In this document: positions 35,626 through 46,500 of the stretch, piece by piece | Numbering within the stretch: the first letter of the stretch is position 1 | Layout of the letters: every line of letters starts with the position of its first letter | From: Macrostomum lignano | Taxonomy: Eukaryota | Direction: 5' to 3' | DNA: 64,000 nucleotides | Assembly (NCBI GenBank): GCA_002269645.1 | Contig: NIVC01002652.1 | Span: forward strand, 88,943 to 152,942 | The notes under the pieces: model-generated | The model's input: the letters and a program-made list of their open reading frames with translations, nothing else | Database searches by the model: none | Told to the model about the DNA's origin: nothing | Program-made: the position numbers and the translations under genes

Positions 35626-37719
35626 ATGCATCGGTACCACTACAACCTTTTTCCATGCCAAAATAGGCTTCTTCAAATGCAATATGACAAAGCTGCTTAT
35701 CAACGTCATATGGATGGGGTATGTACTGCCCGATTCTCTTCGTAGGAGCTTATTTTGTAAAATGGTTTAAAATTATTCCTTATTTTCCTGTCTTATTCGT
35801 CCAATAAAGTTCAAAGTTTTTTAGCCAGGCTTGTGTCATTTAAATGCTTTTTTGTTTGGAATTAGAGTCTGTCTAGAATAATTTCTTCTAAAATTATTAC
35901 ATCATGTACTCTAATTAACAACATAGCCCATTCTCTATTAGAAAAATCATAATTAGTCTTACTAAAGGCGACTTTTTAAGTCACTACAAAGCGTTTAAAC
36001 GTATTCACAAATATCCAGGTTCGAAAGGCTCGCCCAAAGGTGGACACCAGTTCACCGCAAACCTTCATTCATCTGCATCTCAAGCCGAAGAAGCTACAGC
36101 TGGAGGAAGAACGGTTGGCCATCATTGAGCGCGACAACCGCCTGCTGCTGGAGAAGATGTCCACCATCATGCGGAAGCAGAGCAGAGTGGACAATGTTAA
36201 CAATTACGAACCGAAGAGGTCAGTCAATCAGTCTCTCTCACTCAAGTCAGTCAGTCAGTCAGTCAGTCAGTCAGTCAGTCAGTCAGTCAGTCAGTCAGTC
36301 AGTCAGTCAGTCAGTCAGTCAGTCAGTCAGTCAGTCAGTCAGTCAGTCAGTCAGTCAGTCAGTCAGTCAGTCAGTCAGTCAGTCAGTCAGTCAGTCAGTC
36401 AGTCAGTCAGTCAGTCAGTCAGTCAGTCAGTCAGTCAGTCAGTCAGTCAGTCAGTCAGTCAGTCAGTCAGTCAGTCAGTCAGTCAGTCAGTCAGTCAGTC
36501 AGTCAGTCAGTCAGTCAGTCAGTCAGTCAGTCAGTCAGTCAGTCAGTCAGTCAGTCAGTCAGTCAGTCAGTCAGTCAGTCAGTCAGTCAGTCAGTCAGTC
36601 AGTCAGTCAGTCAGTCAGTCAGTCAGTCAGTCAGTCAGTCAGTCAGTCAGTCAGTCAGTCAGTCAGTCAGTCAGTCAGTCAGTCAGTCAGTCAGTCAGTC
36701 AGTCAGTCAGTCAGTCAGTCAGTCAGTCAGTCAGTCAGTCAGGCACAAATTAACAAAAAATCATTCAATAATTGCAGCCTGAACCGAGAGAAGCGACAGC
36801 GCGAACTACTGAAGGTCACGCGCGACAATAAGAGCATGATGGAGCGCATCATCAGCAGGTCAAGCATGCGACAGGAGCGGGAATGGGAGGCCGACTGGCA
36901 GCGGAATCTGGCTTATATGGACAGCATCAGCCGCTACCCCACTGGCTGGTGGGAGAAGGTTCGCGCTTGAATAAAGTCCATGAGGATCTTCTTCTCCGCT
37001 CCCTCAGTCCTTGAGGATCTGCCTCTCCGCTCATTCAGTCCTTGAGGATCTGCCTCTCCGCTCATTCAGTCCTTGAGAATCTGCCTCTCCGCTCATTCAG
37101 TCCTTGGGAATCTGCCTCTCCGCTCATTCAGTCCTTGAGAATCTGCCTCTCCGCTCATTCAGTCCTTGGGAATCTGCCTCTCCGCTCATTCAGTCCTTGG
37201 GAATCTGCCTCTCCGCTCCCTCAGTCCTTGAGAATCTGCCTCTCCGCTCATTCAGTCCTTGGGAATCTGCCTCTCCGCTCATTCAGTCCTTGGGAATCTG
37301 CCTCTCCGCTCCCTCAGTCCTTGAGAATCTGCCTCTCCGCTCCCTCAGTCCTTGAGAATCTGCCTCTCCGCTCATTCAGTCCTTGGGAATTTGCCTCTCC
37401 GCCCCAGTCCTTGAGAATCTGCTCCCCCAGTGCTTGGATCTCCTGTGATCCGGTCTGTCTCTATAATATTCAACTGTATTTAATTTACAACCCCGTCGAA
37501 CTTCAGGAGAAAACGTCCATGTCGCTTCAGTCGCAGAATCGCGGCGGCAGCAGCCGTGACGGAGGTCGCGAACGAACTTCGAAACGCTCTGGCGGCGGTG
37601 GCAACGGCAGCAACAGAAGCCGCGGCTACGACAGCGGCAGCTTCGCCTCCACATCCAAGGGCGACGAGAGCGAGAAGAGCGGCGAGAACCGGTCGCAAGC
37701 AGACATGCAGCAGCAGTGA
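35626..37719 (+). CDS. CFAP97D: CFAP97 domain (KIAA1430-like) protein, CFAP97D1/2 family
   Basis: Exons 35626-35718, 36019-36218, 36778-36958 and probably 37507-37719 (or read-through to the stop at 36970). MHRYHYNLFPCQNRLLQMQYDK, KKLQLEEERLAIIERDNRLLLEKM, SLNREKRQRELLKVTRDN and ISRYP match the family as recalled. Confidence 0.85.
36219..36742. repeat. (GTCA)n microsatellite filling CFAP97D intron 2
   Basis: About 124 perfect copies from 36245. Confidence 0.98.
36984..37420. repeat. 31-bp minisatellite (gaatctgcctctccgctcattcagtccttg[a/g]) in CFAP97D intron 3
   Basis: About 14 units. Confidence 0.95.
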
Positions 37720-37940
37720 TCGCCCCCCCCCCAGACTTTCCAACTCCTTGCACACCTTGCCGGATAAGCATTGTTTCCCAATCCCAAGTGAACTCCGCGT
37801 CACCTGGGGAAATTGAATAACTATTATTCCAATGTGTCCTCCGGTTCAGGCAGCTTCTCGCTCACTCCAGTAGCATCATTAGCGCGAGAAGGAATCGATC
37901 GCTTGCGCTCCAGTTTTGATGGGGTCATGTAAAAAGCTAG

Positions 37941-38498
37941 CTAGAAGTTATTTCCTTCCCCTACCCGCCTCCCCTTGTAAAAACCGTCACTGAGAAATCC
38001 ATCCCCGTCGCTCCCGGGCCCGGTAGCAACCAGCTCGCCCACCTCAGCAACCGCTGTCAAAGCTGTTAGGCTTTCTTTTACGACCTGCGACAGCGGCGGA
38101 GAGGCCCTTGGATGGAGAGCGCCGCTCTCTACATGGCCAGTTTTGCTGAGCGTTCGCTCTGCTTCTCTGCAGATGAGAGACAATTCTATTAATAAAATAT
38201 ATTGTCCAGGACCAAGCCAGAGCAACCCTCACTCCCCGCCCTGTTGAGAATGATTCCAGACTGATTTTTCCGCCCATTTGCCTTGCCGCTTCTGCAAAAT
38301 TTCTCGCGCCAAGGAGCGCAGCTGAAACCGCTTGCACTTTCTTTGTCTGCTGACTTTTTTTCTACCTGCGGGTGTCCAAGGTTTTTTGTCAAACTCTGCT
38401 GCCAATAATGTTTTACACCTTTCTGTTGTCGAGGCAATTTTCGCTTTTTTGCCGCATTCATCTTTTTTGACACAATTTTTTGTTTCAATTTGCACCAC
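37941..38498 (-). CDS. Possible fragment of an unknown Lys-rich gene
   Basis: The ORF ...AEFDKKPWTPAGRKK...SQQGG ends at donor GA|gtgagg and joins an acceptor ctgcag in phase 2 (EEAERTLSKTGH...). No start or homology established. Confidence 0.25.
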
Positions 38499-38914
38499 TG
38501 TCTTTTTTTAGGCTGCCGAAATTGGCATTGCAAAAACTGCTGCGATACTGCTGTACAACAAATCTAGTCCGGCTTCATGCAAATTTAATCGATTTTTTTA
38601 TTTTCACACAGCTTCCAAAGCTGCTCTAAAGTGTCGGGTTGCACCCGAGAACGAGGTGTGCATCGAATCTAAATATACTAAAAATGAAAAGAAAAAACGT
38701 TTTGCACTCATATTAATAGAAAAGAACAAAACGGTGGTGCCCTTGAATAATGCATTTTTGTGTCAAACTAACACACATTTTGCCAAATAAGGCCAACTAC
38801 CCTACTAGAAGTACTGTATAGAGGATTGTGGAGAGATAATAGAGTCCATTAGTTGGCTGGTTATTATCAATCAGGCCGCCAGATAAGAGCGATCCCGTTG
38901 AAAGCGTTGCCATG

Positions 38915-39605
38915 AAAAGGGTCGCTAAAGAGTCATTGCAAACAGCTCTCTAGGGACTCTAGCGACTCTGGGGCGACTATTGTGACTTTTTAACGACTCA
39001 AACGCGTCTAATGCGACGGAGAGGTGAACTGTTGCGTCACAAGCGCGTCACGTCAGTTGTAGAATCGTAAAAGAGTCGCAAGAGTCGTCCAAGACTCGTT
39101 GTCTTGGCGCATACCTTTGTGACTCGAATTCATCAAGCGACGCAAATGCGCTTCACACACAACTCAAGTGACTCAACAGCGACTCAAGCACGCCTCAGAT
39201 ACGACTTTACGGCTCCAGAGTCATTTGCGTCGCCCCAGGGTCGTTTCGGAGTCGCAGGCAAAAGGCTTCAAAGTGATTCTTGAGCGACTCTTTGACGACG
39301 TTTTTTGACGGCTTGTACCGTGACATCTCGTCATCTTAGAGTCTTTTAGAGTCACTTCTTTCCAATTTTACCGATGCCATCTGTAACGACTCTCAAACGA
39401 CTCCGGGGCGACGCAGGTGACTCTGGGACGCTTCTTGGCCTGGGTACCGTTTGCATCGGGGATGAGCGAGTCGTCGTGTTGTGCCGTCGGCGACTCCAGC
39501 TGTCAGGCCAAATCATCCGTCGAGGCTCCTGAGACGCGCCCTGAGAAACAACAGCAGGGACAGGAAGAACAGGTGCGAAGAAGGGTTTTTTGCTAGAGAC
39601 TCTGA
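38915..39605. repeat. Dispersed GACTC/GAGTC motif cluster, probable degenerate transposon internal region
   Basis: Dense gactc/gcgac motifs in both orientations with non-repetitive spacers. Confidence 0.5.
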
Positions 39606-40081
39606 CAGGGTTGCACTTGGGAGGTTTGAATTCCTAGTCTCAAATAAATTGTCAGCACTCATCAAAAAAATCTCAGAAAACGATCAACACGCTTGCCTCG
39701 CAAGATTAGACAATCGGATGTGTCTAATGGAACATCACATTTGGATTCAAATGGAGTGCGTTTTAATTTACGTTTTAAATTGATAAACTACGTGCTTCTA
39801 GAGCGTATTTCCTGAATCCTTTTAAGGGTTTAGACGAAAGCTTTTTATTAAACGCATCATTTCCTGCCTGTTAGCATTTTCATAGCAACGATTTGTTGAC
39901 TGCTCACAGCTTTGAAATAACAAACGGATTTTTTTCACCCTCCGGCGAATCACTTCTCTCGGCTAGCGCTTAACGCGTAGAAGCCTATTTAAATGGACTG
40001 ATTCGTTTGATAGCAGGTTTGAATGTTTTCTGAGACTATAGCTGCAATAACCGCTACCCGCTACAATCCAAGGCTGTAACG

Positions 40082-41098
40082 ATGAGCTCACAGAAGCTTT
40101 GGAAATCTGTTCTCATCGTGTTCGGCCTGCTGACAGGTGTCCGGTGCGCGCAGCAGACCGCAGTATATCAGCAGGCCGATGCCCAGTGCGCACCGGAAGA
40201 TTCACCGATAGTCCGAGCTCGAATCCTTGCAACGGCGACTACACCTTCGGCGACGAGTTGCGCGATAATGGCTTCGCAAACGGCGCAGACTGGCGCTCTG
40301 GTGGCGCAGTTCCGCCGGGGCAGCCGGCAGTGCACCATATTCCAGTTTCAATCCATCTGCCAGCACCTGATGCCTGGCAAAACCTCCGGCTGCTACGTTT
40401 ACTTTCGCTTTCCGATTGACCATGGATTGCTGAACGCCAAGCTCAGCAATGTGTGGGTGGGCGACCGCGCCGGCAAGCTGGAGAACCTGGTTTGCCAGGC
40501 CCATGAGGACACCAATCGGCTCTACCCGTTCAACATCCAGTGGAGCAGCGAGGGCGCCTATTTCGACGGCACAACGGCCTATGCGGTGCTGAACAAGTCG
40601 AGCCTGAACTTTGCCAGCGGACTCACCTGGCTGATGAAGCTAAAGAGGCAGCCTCAGGTTCAGCCGATCCTGGAATTCGCCGACTGCAACGATATAAACG
40701 GCGTCACCGGTTACGGCATTCACCTGTGGGAATATGCCGCCCCTGGTCAGCTGTACATCAGGGCCAACCGAATCACGGGAAGCCTGCTGCCGTTTGTCAA
40801 CTCAGCAACTGATGCGCTGCCGCTGGGCCAAAACGACTGGCTGAACATCGCCTTCACGGCCAATGGAAGCAACTTTGATGTCTTCGTGGCTGATTCCTTC
40901 CTGCCGAGGCACACCCTCTCTCTTTATAGCGACAACAACCCCAATCCCATAACCAACTCGAACGCCTGCCTGTACCTCGGAATGCGAGTGGAGCCAGCCA
41001 ACAATCCCAGGTTCAAAGGCACCATGAAGGCGCTGGCCTTCGCTGGGACGAGCATGTCGGAGGCGGAGATACGCGAGTTCTTCTCCATCTTTGAATGA
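40082..41098 (+). CDS. Secreted PAN/Apple-like + LamG/ConA-like lectin-glucanase fold protein (338 aa, intronless)
   Basis: Signal peptide MSSQKLWKSVLIVFGLLTGVRCA; PAN-like SATSCAIMA...FRRGSRQCTIF; LamG-like GAYFDGTTAYAVL, WLNIAFTANG, LYLG and FKGTMKALAF...MSEAEI. Confidence 0.75.
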   Translation: MSSQKLWKSVLIVFGLLTGVRCAQQTAVYQQADAQCAPEDSPIVRARILATATTPSATSCAIMASQTAQTGALVAQFRRGSRQCTIFQFQSICQHLMPGKTSGCYVYFRFPIDHGLLNAKLSNVWVGDRAGKLENLVCQAHEDTNRLYPFNIQWSSEGAYFDGTTAYAVLNKSSLNFASGLTWLMKLKRQPQVQPILEFADCNDINGVTGYGIHLWEYAAPGQLYIRANRITGSLLPFVNSATDALPLGQNDWLNIAFTANGSNFDVFVADSFLPRHTLSLYSDNNPNPITNSNACLYLGMRVEPANNPRFKGTMKALAFAGTSMSEAEIREFFSIFE

Positions 41099-43582
41099 AG
41101 AGCAAAAATTGCCAAGAGTTTGTGCCTGGCCACAGTAATGAGCATCTGATTGCTGCACACTCGATATCTGCGGTTTGAACACTTGAAGAGGCTTATAACT
41201 TTCCGAACACATTTCCAATGTACGGACTGAAAGTACGATTAAATAAAGATAAGATGCCGCATCAACTTTCTTAGGCTTAAGCAGTCTTAAATTTAATTTT
41301 ACATGCCGGCCTTGAGTCGTAAGAAGAGTGATGGCACGTTAGAAGACCGCGTGATGCGTCGTAAAAAATGATAGTAATAAAAAACTAAATTAAATAATTA
41401 ATATAAGTTAATAGCTAGTGGTTATTGGTCCAGCAGTTCTCCCATTAGCCTAATTCAATGGTAGATTGTATTGTATGCAACTGAGTTGAATAATGGCCAA
41501 AACAGGAGTGCGCGTAGGAGTCTGGGACCCAGTTTACAGTGAGGTTGGCATAGCAGCTAAAACGAACAGCGAAATGATATGAAACTGTCCCTTTTACTGC
41601 TTAAAATGGTACTCAACCGAAAAGTAAATCTCGAAATCTCGAATGAAGCTTTGTGTTGAACTCTGACTCGACTGACTTCGATCATTTACGGACTTTGGAT
41701 TCTGGGTTCAGTGCTCGGGGTGGGTTATTTGTCTGGTGAGGGTCTGCGTACTTTGTGTACATCGTTGCTCATTCTCCCCCTCGTGCAAGCCTTATCTCTG
41801 TCACCCACCCCAATGCAATGCTGCGATGCTTGTTTAAATTTATGTTCTTACCTAAGACTGACTTTAATAACCTTGTGTCAATGCTGAGAGTTAAAGCTAT
41901 TGATTTTCCCTTCGAATTTTAAATACCTTACTGCAGAGGATGAAGTATTTTACCTAATGACTCAAGAAGATAGGGATACGAGCGTACAATGTAAATTCTA
42001 GAAAATTCATCAAAGACATGACGCAAGCCAGAATGCAGCCTAATTGTGTATTAAGGTCTCGTTTGCAATTCTGAGGTACAGCTGTTGTGTTCTGAAGGGC
42101 GTCCTGACCCTCAGTTTCTGCAATTAGCTGGTGTTGGGGCGCAGGAAAACTAGATAAAAATTCATCTACAACGGCACCCTACCCATTGAAGCTTCCATTG
42201 GACTCAAGATCGGTGCAAGAGTGTACTTTGTCTAGCCGTTACGTTGGAAGTCTTACAAACTAGATCGCCGTTAGTTGTATTCAAATCTCTTCTAAATATT
42301 ACTCTGGAAAAACCTCAATGTTCAAATTCGTGTTGTTTTTCGCACTGAAAAGATTGCTGAATTTATCAGTGGTAACAAAACTCTGCCATGCCAAATGAAC
42401 ATTTGCTCACTTGCAAACGCTGTGAACCGCATGAAAATGATTGTTTGAGAATTCTGTAGGAACGATGGCAAAATTAGTTTATTAGTACGTCATGTACATC
42501 ATGGCCTAACAACATACTCTTAACAACCATCTCGCCACGGGGAGTGCTAGTCGCCAACTTTACATTTTTAACCCGCTTAAATAACCGGTTGGAACTCATT
42601 TTTTGTATACTTCTTCCTTATCCACCCAAACTCTTGTACCCACCTCTGTGCTCTTGTATTTTCAATTGCTAACAATTAATTGGTCTTAAGCCTTTATATA
42701 TTCCTTTGTTTCTTTCAAACAAGATGCTCATTGTTGGACGAAATGCACTGGCCAATGAAATGTAATAAAATAATCGAATTTAACACAATTGAACTAATTA
42801 TACATGCTGATTATTTCTTTCGTGTATCTACTTTTCATTAAGCGAGCTTTAATTTAGTGGGCTTTTCCACAACTTTAGATTTCTTAGGCGAAGCTCCGGT
42901 AAAATGTCAGATACGCCGGGGCTGAGGCCTCAGTCGCTTGAATTCTCCGCCCTCTGCCGCCGAGTTGGGCGAGTTGCCGCGAGTAGCCGCGTGGCAGGGG
43001 TTCAAGCAACCAAAACGTGAAGCTCATTTTCATTCCTATCACAGGCGAAAACGTTAAAATACGCAGGCGAAAGCAGATTAGTTGGGCTTGGCCGTTTTCT
43101 TTTGGTTGAGTTAGAGGTTAGTCTTTGAGTCCTTTCGCCGCTCTTTCTCGCGCACTTGGCTTCTCACCCACCGGCCCGGCCACGTGCTGCGCTCGTCAAA
43201 CTTCTCAGACTGACTAACCTCGTCTGTCAACCGCATCGCCTTCGCTCGCCGCCTCACCTTTGCCTTCTACTCGTATCTGCTGGCTGTTACAGTTTTGACA
43301 CGTTTGCATGGTTGCTTTCCACTGTTGGCCTCCATTATTCCATTCATTCGCCAAAGGTAGAAGGTTGTGAAAACTGAGCTTTGAAAGCAGTGTTCGTTGA
43401 TTCAGCTGGCAAATAACTGTCAACTGTGTAGAGATAAGATATTCTAATCTATGCATTAGACTGAAAAAGCGACAGAGTAAGGGTGATAAATATCTAAATA
43501 GCGAGTTGAATTAATTTATTTTTGCAAGTTAACTGGCCCTCGCCAGTTTGAAGACAACTGACAGCCTTTTTCATCTTCTGCG

Positions 43583-46500
43583 ATGGAAGCTCATTCTGCA
43601 ACGGAGTCTGCAACAGCTGCTCAGCAGGAGCAAAAACCGGTGAGCAAATGCAGGAAGTGCAGCAGCCACCTTTTCAAATCAAGCGAAGCAAATTTTGAAT
43701 TTTTGAGAAGAGACATTTGTAACCTTTTGAATTAGGGAAAAAATTGAGCTTACAAAAAATCTCTCGAATTATGCAAATCAAAGCAGACGTCATGCTCTGG
43801 ATTAAGCCGACTGCAGTCGATAATTTGTAGAACGAGTCGACTAGAATGTCATAAAGCTCCTACCTTGGGCTTCTAGGGGGATAATATTGGGATTTACGTC
43901 TTCAATGGGTCGAAAAACTGACGTCGATCAACTGTTGTTCCGCGTTTCTAGGCAACTGCTCCGACAAGTTGCCGATTACAGACAGTCTGGTTCCTGGTTG
44001 CCCCACTGTTTGGGTAGCGTAAAGTATACATACGTTGAAGCGTATATTTCTGCCAATTGTACTTTTTGATGGGATGCAATACGAACGCGAAAATCATGCC
44101 AGAAGAGTAGAACAAAGGGGAACTACCTACTATGCACTCGCTGCCAACCAAATAATTATCAAACTGCTCGTACAATAACGCTAGGCTTAACTAGATGTTT
44201 TTTGTTTTAAATAGTCAATGCAACGACAAAAGAACAGAATGCGAGGGCATGAGTATTTCTAGGAAAGCAAAATCATAGAGAAGTTTAAATTGGCACCATT
44301 TTTATGAGTGTACAAAGACTAGTAGGTAAAGTAGAGTCTACAAGTCCTTAGATTATTTCCTCCCCTTCTTCTTTCCGAAAAAAAGAACACAATGGCTCTC
44401 TCGACGATACTTCGCTTGGCCTTTCAACTACCTCTTTACTAAAGGACATTGTGATGGTCGAAAATTGATATTAACTACAAGAATTTATGTTTTCAGGTTT
44501 GTAGTGATATTTTAAAGTACGAGCGTAAAGAAACAAAGCACCGATCTTCTATGATACAGAAACTTCTCAGAGCTTTTGATATTGGTTCGTTTTCTTACCG
44601 TAAAAAACGTAATTACGGGTTGCGAACTCCAGAAAAGCTACCTGGACGAGCTGCCGTACTACTCAAACTACCAACTGGCCGATGACGAGGTGCCCCTGGC
44701 CAAGTACCTGCTGCCCGCCGACTCTGCCGAAGTGCAGCGAGGCGTCGAGTCCGGCCGCTTCCCGACGCTGGCCGGCTTGGCGCGGCTGCAGCGGCAGCGA
44801 GGCCAGCCGCCCAATCCGTTGGGCGACGCGGCGAACGAGTCGCCTCCGGCTCCGTTTCCACCGCGACGCACCAAAACGGAGCTGCTCGAATCGAAGGACT
44901 TTACAGATACGGACAAGTTCGCCGAGTCGGTGACGCCGTTGCCAAGCGACGACTGGGAGCAGCTGGCGCAGCGGCTGTTCGAGCAGAGCCGCAGCAACCT
45001 CGAGAAGGTGAGGGTCGCGTTCTGCTTCACCTGCGCGCACCGGCAGCTGGCAGAGGTTGCAGAAGAATCTCTGGCATACAAAGCTATCCGGGAAAATGAG
45101 GCGACGGATGTATTTGAGAAGCTGCTTGGGTAAGTTCCACGTTCTGGTCGATGTTTTGGTCTTTTGAATCTTTACATAGAAACTTTTGACGTGAATATTT
45201 TAGTAGTGGCAAAGCAAAAAATGTTGTACTGTATAAGACCAGGTTACAAGTAGATTGTCGAATGAGTTCATCATATCCTCATAGGCGACCCTTAGACCCA
45301 TAGACAAATAGGAAGCCCGTCAGCGGCTGTACCAGCTTCAGGGCAGCATTTGCCGTGCCATCACAGGTGCGTACCCGTCCACCCCTTACGAGGGGCTGAA
45401 CACTATCCTTAACCTACCTCCGCTTCACCTATTTATTAGGGCGGAGGCTATGAAGTCTGCCTCCCGGCTTATCAGAGATAAAACGTTAAATAACGCGCCC
45501 TCTGGCTTTATGCCAATGAAAACATTAATCCCGCATATGGACTTTGTCCGCCGCGACCTTAACAACATCCACATGGACCTGGGCAATGTGGATAGTCGAC
45601 CTCCCGCCCTCAACATCAGGAGGGGCTTCAAGACCGCCATCCCTGGCCGAGACAACATTCCGCTGGATGTCGGTGTGAACCGGCGCAGCCAGGGCATTCA
45701 CTGCTTCACCGACGGCTCGCTGTTCAACGGCCGCGCTGGAGCGGGTATTGCCATTTTCCACGAGGGTAAGATGCTTCTCCAGGAAAGTCTGCACCTCGGT
45801 GAGAACACCTCAGTTTTCCAAGCTGAAATTTGCGCCATTGAGCAGTGTGCCCAGCAACTGTTTCAGGCGAACATTAATAATTTTGACATTAATTTCTACA
45901 CTGATAGCCAAGCTGCTATTAAGGCCTTAACCACTGAGAATATCTCCGCTGCTACAGTATCTCAATGCCACCGCAGTGTGCAATCTCTCTCAGTCCTTAA
46001 CAGGATTAGAATTATCTGGACACCTGGTCACAGCAACATCCTGGGCAACGAGCTCGCGGACTCTCTCGCCAAGGAGGGCAGCAACCCAGACGGCAACCAC
46101 CGTCTGATGAGGCTACCCACCCCCAGGTCGCAAGTCACCCGCCATATCAACAGGTGGCTCCATCAGCAGCACCAGCTCCACTGGAACAGCTGCACCGAGT
46201 ACAGGCAGAGCCGCTCTGCCATGCCTAACCTGAACAGGAAAGTCTCTGATTATCTGATTTCGCTTAACAGAACCGACCTCAGGGAGATGTGCATGGTCCT
46301 AACCGGCCACGGATTCTTCCAGAGACATATATCGTTGCAAACCGGTTGCCCTCCCACCTGTCCCTTCTGTGGCATAGGAGAGGAGACCGCGGAGCATCAC
46401 GTCACCTTCTGCCCTTACTTCAACAAGGCGCGGCACAAATACCTCGGCCACCCCCAGCGGATGGACGAGCTGACCACCGCGGACAATATCCGAGACCTCC

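Noticed and set aside
21457-37719. Long ORF-track proteins from repeats ([28 protein letters not shown] and similar)
   Set aside because: They arise from stop-free repeat frames and lie inside phase-consistent introns or gene flanks.
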